Assembly: GCA_965207445.1 (NCBI GenBank)
Contig: CBDBLX010000002.1
Span: 2,295,849 to 2,359,848, forward strand
Direction: 5' to 3'
DNA from: Nitrosopumilus sp.
Lineage (GTDB): Archaea; Thermoproteota; Nitrososphaeria; Nitrososphaerales; Nitrosopumilaceae
DNA length: 64,000 nt
The first letter of the stretch is position 1, and each line of letters opens with the position of its first letter. This document shows positions 9,113 to 19,963 of the stretch, in pieces. The position numbers and the translations under genes were made by a program. The notes beneath the pieces were generated by a model. The model had not been told where the DNA came from. It saw only the letters and a list, made by a program, of their open reading frames with translations, and did no database searches.

Positions 9113-11064
9113 TGCCAGTAGTATCATTGTCATACAACCGACTATTAGAGTTAATATCAGGTGGTAAAAAGATAACCAAACATACAATATCACAAAAGTT
9201 GCCATATCTTGGACTTGACATTGAATCAGATGATGGTGATGATACTGTCCGCATAGAGTACAGTCCAAACAGACCAGATTATGCAACTGACATCGGGGTG
9301 TCACTAGCACTACAAGGTTTGCTAGAAGTCAAAAAAGGTCTAGTGCCATTTGAGATAAAGAGGTATGATACAAAATATGATTATAATGATCATGACAGTA
9401 AAGGTAATGACACGACAGTGCAACATCCATACCATGTAAACGTGACACATTCTGTTACAAAAATACGTCCAATACTAACAGGCATCATAGCCAAAGGAGG
9501 CATACTTGATGACACAATGTTGCGCCAACTAGTGACATTACAAGAAGACATACATTTTGGACTAGGTCGCAATCGCAAAAAAGTTGCAATTGGACTACAC
9601 GATCTCTCAAAGATGCAAGATAGTTTTCCACTACAATACACAACAGTACCTACAAGTCACACATTTGTTCCATTACACCAAGACACAGAGATGAGTATAT
9701 CTCAGATCATCAAACATACCAAAATAGGCCAAGAATATGCACATCTTCTTTATGATGATGATGATGATACATTACAAGACTCAAAAGATAATATTCCCAT
9801 CATACTTGACTCACACGGCAACACGATATCGCTTCCACCCATAATAAACTCCGATATGACTGCAATCACAACAGATACCAGCGATATCTTTGTGGATGTG
9901 ACAGGGACGTCACAATATTCAGCAGAAAATGCACTTGCAATAATAGCGCTCACACTACATGCAGCAGGATTTAAACTAGAGTCCCTATCTGTTCAAGGAG
10001 GTAAGAACCGTACACCGCCATTAAGCACCCGTATTGTAAGTGTGACACTTGAGGAGATAAACAGTATACTAGGACTACATCTGTCTGCAAAAGAGGCAAT
10101 GCTATGTCTTCAGAAATGCAGGCTAGACCCGACATATGGTCAAGAGGGCATATCATGTATTATACCACCATATAGATTCGATATAATATCTGCAATTGAT
10201 CTAGTAGAAGAAGTGGCACTTGGTTATGGTACATGGCGTTTGGAGCCAATCCTATCGCATTCAAAGACATTTGGCAGTTATGAGCAAGGTGAGATGTCAC
10301 GAATCATACAGACAATAGATAAAATAATGGTTGGTATGGGGCATATAGAGGCGCTCAACTCTTGTTTGACAAGTGCTCATACTTTGTATGAGATGGTAGG
10401 GCGTAAGACTCCAAAACAAAATAAGATGATCTCAACTGCCAATTCAAAGAGCAGTGAGCACGAAATTTTACGTGACTCGTTACTACCAGGTCTAGTTGAG
10501 AATATATCCAAAAATATACACGAATCATATCCACATGAACTCTATGAGACAGGTGTCGTATTTTCAAGATACAGCAACACAACTAGACAAAAAAAACATG
10601 GCGGGAAAAATAATGATTATAATGATAAAGATGGTGAATATAGTGATCAAAAAAATAATTACAATACTAGATATAATAAAAATGCACATATATTAGAAAA
10701 GATGCATTTTGCAGCGTTGATTGCACATACTGATGCCAATTTTTCAGAAGCAAAATCTACACTACAAACTGCAATCTCTGCAATGTATAACAAATTACAA
10801 ATTCATACAGTGCCAAAACCACACAAAATGTTTGCAGATGGAAGATGTGCCAAAGTCGTCATATCACAATCATCATCACCATCATCATTATCATCATCAT
10901 CATTATCATCATCATCATCACCGACTAACCAAAATACCACCACTACAGATACAATTGGATACATAGGTGAGATAGACCCGAAAATTCTTGCGACATATAG
11001 AATTAGAGTACCTGTTTCAGGATTTGAGATATCACTATCAGATTTGTCTGCGTCTACCAAGTGA
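9112..11064 (+). CDS. pheT: phenylalanine--tRNA ligase beta subunit with low-complexity insertions
   Basis: PNRPD, GRNRKKVAIGLHD, SLPPIINS, DLVEEVA and LRDSLLPGL motifs; start overlaps pheS stop. Confidence 0.95.
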   Translation: MPVVSLSYNRLLELISGGKKITKHTISQKLPYLGLDIESDDGDDTVRIEYSPNRPDYATDIGVSLALQGLLEVKKGLVPFEIKRYDTKYDYNDHDSKGNDTTVQHPYHVNVTHSVTKIRPILTGIIAKGGILDDTMLRQLVTLQEDIHFGLGRNRKKVAIGLHDLSKMQDSFPLQYTTVPTSHTFVPLHQDTEMSISQIIKHTKIGQEYAHLLYDDDDDTLQDSKDNIPIILDSHGNTISLPPIINSDMTAITTDTSDIFVDVTGTSQYSAENALAIIALTLHAAGFKLESLSVQGGKNRTPPLSTRIVSVTLEEINSILGLHLSAKEAMLCLQKCRLDPTYGQEGISCIIPPYRFDIISAIDLVEEVALGYGTWRLEPILSHSKTFGSYEQGEMSRIIQTIDKIMVGMGHIEALNSCLTSAHTLYEMVGRKTPKQNKMISTANSKSSEHEILRDSLLPGLVENISKNIHESYPHELYETGVVFSRYSNTTRQKKHGGKNNDYNDKDGEYSDQKNNYNTRYNKNAHILEKMHFAALIAHTDANFSEAKSTLQTAISAMYNKLQIHTVPKPHKMFADGRCAKVVISQSSSPSSLSSSSLSSSSSPTNQNTTTTDTIGYIGEIDPKILATYRIRVPVSGFEISLSDLSASTK

Positions 11065-11346
11065 TTCCACAATTATCATAATCACTTTTGGCATACATAA
11101 TGCAACGCCAGCACATAATATAACAACACCAATGGCAAATTCTACTATTAGGCGCTCATACAACCCCCTATCCATACTCGGATCATTGGTTTCAATAATA
11201 GGATTATCAAAACCACCAAGGTATTCAATCTGAGGATAGTCAAATGTGACTACAAGTGCCCCCAAAATTATGCATGTTATACCCACCAAAGATAGAACAG
11301 TTGAGGGTACTGATGTTAACACATGATCATCGTAATTTGGAGTCAT
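11038..11346 (-). CDS. small membrane protein with two TM helices
   Basis: Two hydrophobic stretches flanking DYPQIEY...YERLIVEF. Confidence 0.65.
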   Translation of the reverse strand: MTPNYDDHVLTSVPSTVLSLVGITCIILGALVVTFDYPQIEYLGGFDNPIIETNDPSMDRGLYERLIVEFAIGVVILCAGVALCMPKVIMIIVESLGRRRQI

Positions 11347-11419
11347 CTCATAATGCTAGTTATCATTTGTTATTTTTAGATTTATGATAAATCTTTTTAA
11401 TTTGAAGATAACAACTAGT

Positions 11420-11592
11420 GTTGCCCAAGAGCAAGCATGCAGACGGATCGGGATGATGCGATCGTATCAGATACCAGTGACTTTCGATTCACCCAGGTGT
11501 GCTACACATACGGGCATCCCCGGTTAAAGAACACGGTGAGGGTTTGGCTAAAATACCAATGAGCTGGCGCGAGTCAGAACCGGGGCACACGT
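11420..11592 (+). ncRNA. putative two-hairpin H/ACA-type guide RNA
   Basis: GC-rich intergenic island after a TTTTTAA box; hairpin 1 TGCCC/GGGCA plus AGCATGC/GTGTGCT; hairpin 2 CCCCGGTT/AACCGGGG with GA/GA K-turn-like motif and ACA at 11587-11589. Confidence 0.5.
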
Positions 11593-11627
11593 AAAATAAT
11601 ATACTAGAGTGTAATACAGCATTATAG

Positions 11628-12041
11628 TTGAAGAATTACTGGCTTGCAAAACAGGAACCGAGTAGCTACTCTTTTGAACAGTTGAAACAAGACAAGACTA
11701 CTGTATGGGACGGAGTTCACAACAATTTGGCACTAAAACACATGCAAAGTATGAAACCAGGTGATTTGGTGTTTTTTTATCATACAGGTAAAGAGAAACA
11801 GATAGTTGGCATCATGCAAATTATATCAAAACCATACCCAAATCCCGAAGAGTCAAATGAGAGGTTTGTCGTAGTTGATGTGAAATTTCAAAAATCACTC
11901 AAACGTCCAATTACACTCTCAGAGATAAAACAGAACAAAAAACTTGCAGAGTGGGAGTTGTTGCGCATCTCTAGATTGTCTGTGATGCCAGTGCAAAAAG
12001 ACATGTGGGATGTAATAATTCAAATGTCCAATAGTAAATGA
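11628..12041 (+). CDS. EVE domain protein
   Basis: YWLAKQEP, WDGVHN, MKPGDLVFFYHTG and SRLSVMPV motifs. Confidence 0.92.
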   Translation: MKNYWLAKQEPSSYSFEQLKQDKTTVWDGVHNNLALKHMQSMKPGDLVFFYHTGKEKQIVGIMQIISKPYPNPEESNERFVVVDVKFQKSLKRPITLSEIKQNKKLAEWELLRISRLSVMPVQKDMWDVIIQMSNSK

Positions 12042-12098
12042 ATCATGAATAAAACATCATGACGAATTATTGATATATGCCATTTTTGAATGTAATTT

Positions 12099-12338
12099 AT
12101 GGCAACAGCGTATGTCTTGATAAACTGTGAACTTGGATCAGAAGAGGACATAATACATCAACTAAAAGAACTAGAAGGTGTACGAGAAGTTCATGGTACA
12201 TTTGGTGCGTATGACATATTGGCCAAGATAGAATCAGAGACAGTTGAAAAACTCAGAGAGACTATTACATGGAAGATCAGAAAGATAGAAAAGATTCGCT
12301 CAACGCTTACTTTGATGGGTATCGAAGGCCAAGTATAA
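12099..12338 (+). CDS. Lrp/AsnC ligand-binding-domain protein
   Basis: AYVLINCELG...VHGTFGAYDILAK...IRSTLTL. Confidence 0.92.
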   Translation: MATAYVLINCELGSEEDIIHQLKELEGVREVHGTFGAYDILAKIESETVEKLRETITWKIRKIEKIRSTLTLMGIEGQV

Positions 12339-12402
12339 CGCATAGCACCGTATGACTTTTTATTACTAGTATGTATTATACACCATTAGCAACGATGATA
12401 CA

Positions 12403-12996
12403 ATGAATATTCTACATTTCATATTTGTGATAAAAGAGGAAGACAGACAAGCACGTAGTCGCGATTACATATATGTACAAAAGATGGCAAAGTTTTATGG
12501 CACATGGATCAAAGAAAAATTTGACATATCATATGATATAAAATGTGACGAACTTGTAACCAAACCCCGAAACATATTTGACCGAATAGATACACACACT
12601 TTGGTCAAAGATCACATCCAGCGTGGCAGGCACATTTATCACTTCTATCTCACATATTTTAGACCCATATGGACAGATTGTACATGCGAAGGCTACCATG
12701 CAGAAAACTTTGGCATGGCGCATTGGAAGACACCAAAAGATAAAGAGCAAATAGACCAAAAAGATGTAGAGTTATTCTTTGCAGAAAAAAACTGTACAGT
12801 AGTATCTCATCAGATTATTCACGAGATTTTACGAGCTCGAGGTTACAAGCGATACGTTCAAGATGTGCATGACATATGGACAAAACACCTGTTCTCACAA
12901 CTAGAGTTTATTCAATACGACGACAATCACAACATTACAAATAGCAAGCCCACATTTCTTGTAATGGATACATCAGAATTTGAGCTAACAGACTAG
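12403..12996 (+). CDS. conserved hypothetical protein
   Basis: 197-aa ORF with WTDCTCEGYHAENFG and several His residues. Confidence 0.75.
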   Translation: MNILHFIFVIKEEDRQARSRDYIYVQKMAKFYGTWIKEKFDISYDIKCDELVTKPRNIFDRIDTHTLVKDHIQRGRHIYHFYLTYFRPIWTDCTCEGYHAENFGMAHWKTPKDKEQIDQKDVELFFAEKNCTVVSHQIIHEILRARGYKRYVQDVHDIWTKHLFSQLEFIQYDDNHNITNSKPTFLVMDTSEFELTD

Positions 12997-13082
12997 ACCA
13001 AACATCAATACCCCACAACAACAAGTAGAATATAGATCATTTTACTTTTAGGAAATTTAAACATAATACAAAGAAACTAATT

Positions 13083-13500
13083 ATGAATAAGATGGATGTA
13101 CGCACAATAATGCTGTCAATTAACTGTAGCAGTATTGACAAGTACTGGAACAGCAGTAGTATTTGCAGATTCGAATAATATCCATTACATAGGATATTGG
13201 ACAATCTCAATTGGTAATGCAAAAGGGACGATTGAAATTTCTGAGAATACAAATATTGAAGATGAAAGTGATCAAGCCATTACAGAAGAAGATGCAACAA
13301 AAGGTTATGATAATATAACAAATGCCAAACTCACAAAGGCAGTAAATGACTCTGAGTGATACTTTTTAGTGTAAAAGTTGACTGAGATGAGCGAACCAAA
13401 TACAAAGACAATACATGTTCTTGATGCCAAGTACAGGTGAGCCGTTGATAGAGCCATTTACCAAAAACGATGGAACATGCCAACAGTCATCAACATAGTC
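13083..13500 (+). pseudogene. disrupted secreted-protein gene
   Basis: Signal-peptide-like start (MNKMDV...TAVVFA) split by a frameshift, with in-frame stops after 13359; abuts an IS remnant. Confidence 0.35.
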
Positions 13501-13526
13501 TATTATGATCTTACTTTTAGTATACA

Positions 13527-13805
13527 AGGTGTTCCATTGTTCCACATGTTTTAAACCTGCACTCTTCAAACATCCAAACACAGTGTTTTCAGGTGACACG
13601 CATTTTTTCAAAATTATTAAATTCGTTGCGCTCTCTTTTGTGTGTTCACCGCTTGTACACAAACACATACAGTTGAGTGCCGTGATAGTGAATGTTGTAA
13701 AATAATTATTCGTCTCATACAGACTATCAGGTCTAGTTAATATCTCAAGTCAAAGTACTATAAATCGTTTTACTAAAGATTTGTAATTTATTTGTTCTAA
13801 TTTGC
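13527..13805 (-). pseudogene. degenerate N-terminal fragment of an ISH3-family transposase
   Basis: Translates LEQINYKSLVKRF...MC...SPENTVFGCLKSAGLKHVEQW, matching LGQVNYKVLRKRF...PSENTVLKCLKSADLEKVKQW of 24379-25575. Confidence 0.8.
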
Positions 13806-14038
13806 TTTATGTTTAAATATATTATTTTTTAGATCTAGTTAAATATACTTTAGTATGCCTGTATGAACTTTTAATTTAATTATCAAAACAAAACATAGAG
13901 TGCAGGTAAATTGTAGATAATTACAATAAAATAATTTTAAAACACATTACAAACTACTATTGAGGCGAGGATATAGATTGTGTTTTGAATAATTTATTTT
14001 TGTAGAGTATGTGTAACTCTTCATAATAGTATTCAAAG

Positions 14039-14674
14039 TTAGCACTTTGTCACAGAGTAAATTGTATTCTCAAAGTTTGCAGTTTTAAAATCCAAGTGGT
14101 TTTCAGGATCATCAGGTCTCTCACTGTTTAGTCGAGTCAGTTCTTTTATGGCATCACTTTTGAATCCCACAGATGAACCATAAATGGCATCAGTCAGCAT
14201 TGTACCTTGTTCGCCATTTTTGATATCATCTACAATATGATAGAACTTTTCAATGTCCTTTACATTAACAGAATTTCCAGTTGCCTTGTTTGATGCAACA
14301 GAAATATACACGCCACCGATATTCTTTACTGCAACATGTACACGGTGATTCTTTCCAGATGCCCCAGGTATGGTTTCATTTACTAAAACCGTGCACTTGT
14401 GATATACACTAGATACAAATGCATAAAATCTGTATTGAGCAAACTTGCCTTCTTTATCTTCTTCACATTCGACAAATATCTTGTGAAGCATCTCCAATGC
14501 TTTATCATTCATACTCTGTAGTCGACTGTCTATACGTCCACGTTCAAGCAAATCTGAATTACACTCTTTTGCAATCATTACAAGTATAAAATCAGGCAAG
14601 TTGTAGTTCTTCAATGCAGCAGCAAATGCGCCCGCCTGTGACACACCAAACTTTGGAAAACCTTTCTTAGCCAT
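14039..14674 (-). CDS. conserved hypothetical protein
   Basis: 211-aa ORF with normal composition, divergent from aconitase. Confidence 0.75.
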   Translation of the reverse strand: MAKKGFPKFGVSQAGAFAAALKNYNLPDFILVMIAKECNSDLLERGRIDSRLQSMNDKALEMLHKIFVECEEDKEGKFAQYRFYAFVSSVYHKCTVLVNETIPGASGKNHRVHVAVKNIGGVYISVASNKATGNSVNVKDIEKFYHIVDDIKNGEQGTMLTDAIYGSSVGFKSDAIKELTRLNSERPDDPENHLDFKTANFENTIYSVTKC

Positions 14675-14840
14675 TAGATGGAACCTCGGAGATATTTGTC
14701 CACCAACATTATATACATAAACTGTGTTTTGTTTATAATTGTATGCAAAAAAATCTCTCTCAAGTGTTAATTTTTAAAAACACACACAATCACACATATT
14801 TACAGTTTAAAGTTAAATTCGGGCACAATATCGGCATATT

Positions 14841-17144
14841 GTGATAACAGATACTACACCTGAGATGGTCAACATCATCTACCAGACAATGTCAGAGAAG
14901 ATCAAGTGTTATCGAGATATAGTAAACAGGCCACTAACCCTAACAGAAAAGATACTAGCAGGGCATCTTGAAAAAATTCCAGATGCACCATTTGTACGCG
15001 GTGGTGATTATGTATTTTTGAGACCAGACAGAGTGGCACTGCAAGATGTGACTGGTCAGATGGTAATGTTGCAATTTATGCAAACAGGATTAGAACAAGT
15101 CACACTCCCTACAACCATACATTGTGATCATCTTATTCGAGCCGAATCAGGTAGTGAAATAGACATGAGAGAAGCACTTGGTAAAAACAAAGAAGTGTTT
15201 GACTTTTTAAAATCATCAGCAGCTCACTACGGTTGTGGATTTTGGAAACCAGGCGCAGGTATCATACACCAAGTAGTGCTAGAGAATTATGCATTTCCGG
15301 GAGGATTGATGATAGGTACGGATTCTCATACACCCAATGCAGGTGGATTAAATATGATCGCAGTTGGCGTAGGGGGACTCGATGCAACAGAAGTCATGGC
15401 AGGCAATCCATGGGAACTGCTGTACCCAAAAATTATTGGAGTCAAACTTACAGGATCACTTAATGGATGGGCATCACCAAAAGATGTAATCTTAAAAGTA
15501 GCAGACGAGTTGACAGTATCAGGAGGCACTAATGCTGTTTTAGAGTACATTGGAGGTCACAGTAATAACGACAAAAATAATGGCAATGGCGTATCTTCGA
15601 TAAGCTGTACTGGTAAGGCAACCATAACAAACATGGGAGCAGAGATCGGGGCAACATGTTCTATATTTCCATATGACATACGTATGTCAACTTATCTGTC
15701 AGTGACTGGTAGGGGACAGATAGCAACTATAGCAGACCGCATAGCATCAGATATGCTTGTAGCAGATACAGATGTGCAAATTAATCCTGAAAAATACTTT
15801 GATCAGATAATTGAGATTGACTTGTCAAATTTAGAGCCACATATAGTAGGTCCACATACACCAGACTTGGCAAGACCAATATCGCATATGGCAAATGATG
15901 TGCACGCAAACGGGTATACTGATGAGATATCAGTTGCACTTGTGGGGAGTTGTACAAACTCATCATATGAAGACATGTCACGCGCCGCAAGTGTGGCAAA
16001 ACAAGCACAAGAAAAAGGCATAAGTGCAAAGATTCCACTGTTAGTGACTCCAGGATCAGAGCAGATACGAGCAACAATTGAGCGTGACGGACAGATGGAT
16101 ACATTGCGTAGTATTGGTGCCACGGTACTTGCAAATGCGTGCGGTCCGTGTATTGGACAATGGGACAGACCAGAACTAGAAGCAGATACAAAAAATACCA
16201 TAATTACAACATTTAATCGAAACTTTCCAGGACGCAATGACGGTAGACGTACCACTCTTAATTTTATTGGTAGTCCAGAGATGATAATTGCAATGTCACT
16301 TGGAGGCAAACTATCATTTGATCCCACACGCGATGAAATCACATCTGCTGATGGCACCAAACATATCTTAGAACCACCACCACCTGCACCAGAAGTCCCA
16401 CCTAAAGGATTCAGAATACCTGATGACATATTTGTAGCACCACCTGATACCATAAATGCTGCAAACGTACCTGTGATAATAAAGCATGACAGCAACAGAT
16501 TGCAAAAGTTAGAACCCTTTGAGCCATGGGATGGACAAGACTACAAAGAGATGCCAATAATGCTAAAGGCAAAAGGTAAGTGTACCACTGATCATATATC
16601 ACCTGCAGGAGCGTGGTTGTCATTAAGAGGACACCTTGACAAACTAAGTGATAATTTGTTATTGGGTGCAGTAAATGCATTTACAGACCAAATAGGACAA
16701 GGTAAAGATGCGCTAACAGGGACAACAATGTCATTTGCAAGCATTGCACGCAAATACAAAGAACATCATATAAGATGGGTGATAATCGGGGATTCAAATT
16801 ACGGTGAAGGTAGTAGTAGAGAGCACGCGGCAATGACTCCAAGATATCTTGGATGTGCTGCTGTAATTGCAAAAAGCCTTGCACGCATACACGAGACGAA
16901 TCTAAAAAAACAAGGGGTATTGGCCTTGACATTTGTAGAATCATCAGATTATGAAAATATACAAGAAGATGACAAAATAAGTCTACACGAGTTAAAAGAT
17001 ATGCAACAAGGAAAACCAATTACATGCACAATAACACATGCAGACGGCAAGTCAGAGGATATTGCGTTGCATCACTCATACAACGATCTACAGATTGAAT
17101 GGTTCCGTGCAGGATCTGCACTCAATGTACTAAAAAACAAATAA
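14841..17144 (+). CDS. acnA: aconitate hydratase (mitochondrial-like type)
   Basis: DRVALQD, HCDH, GTDSHT, GSCTNSS, CGPCIGQW, TTDHISPAG and GEGSSREHAA motifs. Confidence 0.95.
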   Translation: MITDTTPEMVNIIYQTMSEKIKCYRDIVNRPLTLTEKILAGHLEKIPDAPFVRGGDYVFLRPDRVALQDVTGQMVMLQFMQTGLEQVTLPTTIHCDHLIRAESGSEIDMREALGKNKEVFDFLKSSAAHYGCGFWKPGAGIIHQVVLENYAFPGGLMIGTDSHTPNAGGLNMIAVGVGGLDATEVMAGNPWELLYPKIIGVKLTGSLNGWASPKDVILKVADELTVSGGTNAVLEYIGGHSNNDKNNGNGVSSISCTGKATITNMGAEIGATCSIFPYDIRMSTYLSVTGRGQIATIADRIASDMLVADTDVQINPEKYFDQIIEIDLSNLEPHIVGPHTPDLARPISHMANDVHANGYTDEISVALVGSCTNSSYEDMSRAASVAKQAQEKGISAKIPLLVTPGSEQIRATIERDGQMDTLRSIGATVLANACGPCIGQWDRPELEADTKNTIITTFNRNFPGRNDGRRTTLNFIGSPEMIIAMSLGGKLSFDPTRDEITSADGTKHILEPPPPAPEVPPKGFRIPDDIFVAPPDTINAANVPVIIKHDSNRLQKLEPFEPWDGQDYKEMPIMLKAKGKCTTDHISPAGAWLSLRGHLDKLSDNLLLGAVNAFTDQIGQGKDALTGTTMSFASIARKYKEHHIRWVIIGDSNYGEGSSREHAAMTPRYLGCAAVIAKSLARIHETNLKKQGVLALTFVESSDYENIQEDDKISLHELKDMQQGKPITCTITHADGKSEDIALHHSYNDLQIEWFRAGSALNVLKNK

Positions 17145-17299
17145 AAAACCAGGCCACATAAAAACAACTTTAATTTTTTCGTATTGGTAAATTTTTTGTT
17201 TTCTAAATCTATAATTAATTATATATATAATTGTAAATATATTAAAACTTGCACTTTTTTACAAGTTAGTTTTTGTACAAGGATATAGTGCAAAAACAT

Positions 17300-17374
17300 A
17301 TCATTTGTAAAAACATCATTTGTAAAAACATCATTTGTAAAAACATCATTTGTAAAAATATCATTTGTAAAAAC
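17300..17374. repeat. 15-bp tandem repeat (ATCATTTGTAAAAAC) x5
   Basis: Five contiguous units, one with a C>T change, directly after the 3' end of tRNA-Trp. Confidence 0.92.
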
Positions 17375-17375
17375 G

Positions 17376-17526
17376 TGGGGCCGACCGGAATCGAACCGGC
17401 GACCTACGGGTCACTACAGCTCCAAACTTACATCATCCGTGAGTCAGTTTAGCTTAGTTTACCTCTGGAGCCCTTAGCGGTGATCTGCGTAGACACTGTC
17501 GCCCTACCAGGCTAGGCTACGACCCC
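17376..17526 (-). tRNA. tRNA-Trp(CCA) with two introns (28/29: 17474-17497; 37/38: 17412-17464)
   Basis: GGGGTCG/CGGCCCC-A acceptor; removing both segments gives ACGGG-ctCCAga-CCCGT; intron 1 forms a bulge-helix-bulge (GGCG/CGCT helix, AC|A and AA|G bulges). Confidence 0.85.
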
Positions 17527-17725
17527 ACGATATTTTGGAATATACACTTGAATTTTAAGTTATTTTACGATTCAACACTGCAACAACAAGTAAAGTTTTC
17601 AGATTTAATAATATTAATAATTAAAAAGTATAATTTTGTATAAAATATATCCATATAAATAATTTCTATTAAATAGATGTTATAATATGGCATACAAACT
17701 TATTTGATGTTGACTATACATAATC

Positions 17726-18265
17726 ATGGTAAAGTCAATCTACCTAGCACTCGGTGCCATTCCCGTTATAGTGGCATTGCTCATCTCAGTTCCTCTGTTT
17801 ATAAAAAATGAGATACCAGTATCAGCAGCTCACTCTTTTGATACAGTGGAGATAGAGTATACAAAACATCAACTCAAAAAGGTCTCACATGGTATAACAG
17901 AACGCGTGGGCTCACAATACACTGAGATACTAGTCATCAAGAACAACGGTGAGATAAAATATACAGTATCAGACCAAGGATATCTGCGCCCAGATATAAA
18001 ATCTAAACTTGATGATGCAAAGCTGTCCAAGATCAGGGCGCTGATAAAAGAGACAGGGTTCATATCAATCCCATCAGAATCATTTCCAGTGTATGATAAC
18101 GTCACAGAGTACCAAAAATCAAATGTTAAAGTCATGCTCAATGGCAAGGCAAATCAGATACACTGGCCCCAACAAAACGTAACATCAGGATTCATTCCAC
18201 CAATAATTACAATGGTAGAACAAGAATTAGATGCAATTATCGATAAATTGAATACGAGCAAATAG
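17726..18265 (+). CDS. membrane-anchored hypothetical protein
   Basis: 179-aa ORF with N-terminal TM helix. Confidence 0.75.
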   Translation: MVKSIYLALGAIPVIVALLISVPLFIKNEIPVSAAHSFDTVEIEYTKHQLKKVSHGITERVGSQYTEILVIKNNGEIKYTVSDQGYLRPDIKSKLDDAKLSKIRALIKETGFISIPSESFPVYDNVTEYQKSNVKVMLNGKANQIHWPQQNVTSGFIPPIITMVEQELDAIIDKLNTSK

Positions 18266-18294
18266 ATAAAATACGCATAATATTATAATCATGT

Positions 18295-19269
18295 ATGATA
18301 TCTCTGTCTGGACAACGAGGCGATGCAGCAGGTATAATACGTGATAGAAAACCAGAATATGGTTATCAGACACTGCGCGGCACAAGTAGACTAAAGCGCG
18401 GGTTTGCGCACATGCTCAAAAATGGAGTGGTTATGGATGTGACTACAGTAGAGCAGGCTCAAATAGCAGAAGACGCAGGTGCTGTATCTGTGATGGTTCT
18501 TGATAAACTGCCATCGGATGTACGTAAGGCAGGCGGTGTTGCACGCACGGCAAGTATTAAGATTATCGAGGAGATAATGGATGCTGTCACGATACCTGTA
18601 ATGGCAAAGTGTCGCATAGGCCACGTCTCAGAAGCAGACGTTTTGGCAAAATGTAATGTAGATATGATAGATGAGTCAGAAGTACTGACGCCTGCAGATG
18701 AGAGACACCACATATGGAAGTGGGACTTTACAACACCATTTGTTAATGGTGCACGTTCACTTGCCGAAGCACTCAGGCGTGTTGAAGAGGGAGCCGCCAT
18801 GATACGTACCAAAGGTGAGCCAGGTACTGGAAATGTAGCAGAGGCAATAATACACATAAAAAAACTCAATGATCAGATGCGAATCATCAAAGCAATCAAA
18901 GATTCAGGTGACCAGCAAGAGATGATTAGAATAGCACGTGATTTCAAGGTATCATACGATATACTAGACCAAACTGCCAAACTAGGGCGTCTTCCAGTCG
19001 TTAATTTTGCAGCAGGCGGTATTGCAACACCTGCAGATGCGGCGTACTTGATGTCACTTGGATGTGACGGAATATTTGTCGGATCTGGGATATTCAACTC
19101 TGATGATGCTGCTCAACGTGCAAGTGCAGTCGTACTTGCAACCACACATTGGGATGACTCTACAACTATACGTGATGCTCAAAAGATGATTGATGAGAGA
19201 CAGTCTATGCTTGGACTTGATGTAAACACACTTGATTTAAGAATGCAAGAGAGAGGTGCAACAGCGTAA
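18295..19269 (+). CDS. pdxS: pyridoxal 5'-phosphate synthase lyase subunit
   Basis: [26 protein letters not shown] and [14 protein letters not shown] motifs. Confidence 0.96.
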   Translation: MISLSGQRGDAAGIIRDRKPEYGYQTLRGTSRLKRGFAHMLKNGVVMDVTTVEQAQIAEDAGAVSVMVLDKLPSDVRKAGGVARTASIKIIEEIMDAVTIPVMAKCRIGHVSEADVLAKCNVDMIDESEVLTPADERHHIWKWDFTTPFVNGARSLAEALRRVEEGAAMIRTKGEPGTGNVAEAIIHIKKLNDQMRIIKAIKDSGDQQEMIRIARDFKVSYDILDQTAKLGRLPVVNFAAGGIATPADAAYLMSLGCDGIFVGSGIFNSDDAAQRASAVVLATTHWDDSTTIRDAQKMIDERQSMLGLDVNTLDLRMQERGATA

Positions 19270-19955
19270 TGAGTGATGATAGTAATCGTAAAGGTATACA
19301 GATAGGAGTCTTGGCAATACAAGGAGATGTAGAGGAGAATGTATCTGCCATATCAAATGCACTGAAGATTCCACGAGGATTCAATGACGATAGTGTGGTG
19401 TATGTAAAGACACCACAAGACGTAATAGGTATTGATGGATTAGTAATACCTGGTGGCGAGAGTACAACTATTGGATTACTCTGCAATGCAAATGACACAC
19501 TTGATGCAGTAAAGTCAAGGATTCAAAACGACGCAATGCCAGTTTTGGGCATTTGTGCAGGATTGATTATGCTTGCTAAATCTGCTAGTGACTCAAGAGT
19601 AAATAAAAAAGAGCAAAATCAACCATTACTAGGTGTACTAGATGTTACAGTGCAACGCAACGCATTTGGACGACAGCGTCAATCCTTTGAGACACAACTT
19701 GACTTGAAGCCACTTGCAATCAATGATTTTAAGGGAGTATTCATACGAGCACCATTAATATCACATGTAGGACCTGATGTCAATATACTATGTGAGATGT
19801 ATGGTGATGGTGATGGTGAACAAGATGTTCATAAAAAGATCATAGCAGTATCACAAGGAAACATTATTGCAACTGCATTTCATCCTGAGTTATCAGGTGA
19901 CCATACAATACATAGACACTTTGTGGATGTTGTAAGACGTAAAAAACGTAATTAA
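19269..19955 (+). CDS. pdxT: pyridoxal 5'-phosphate synthase glutaminase subunit
   Basis: GVLAIQG, PGGESTT, GICAG, RNAFGRQ and FHPEL motifs. Confidence 0.96.
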   Translation: MSDDSNRKGIQIGVLAIQGDVEENVSAISNALKIPRGFNDDSVVYVKTPQDVIGIDGLVIPGGESTTIGLLCNANDTLDAVKSRIQNDAMPVLGICAGLIMLAKSASDSRVNKKEQNQPLLGVLDVTVQRNAFGRQRQSFETQLDLKPLAINDFKGVFIRAPLISHVGPDVNILCEMYGDGDGEQDVHKKIIAVSQGNIIATAFHPELSGDHTIHRHFVDVVRRKKRN

Positions 19956-19963
19956 AATATGTG

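Noticed and set aside
17474..17500. Alternative reading of the intron-containing tRNA as Arg(ACG)
   Set aside because: The anticodon stem does not pair in that register; the Trp reading gives a perfect stem and a BHB motif.
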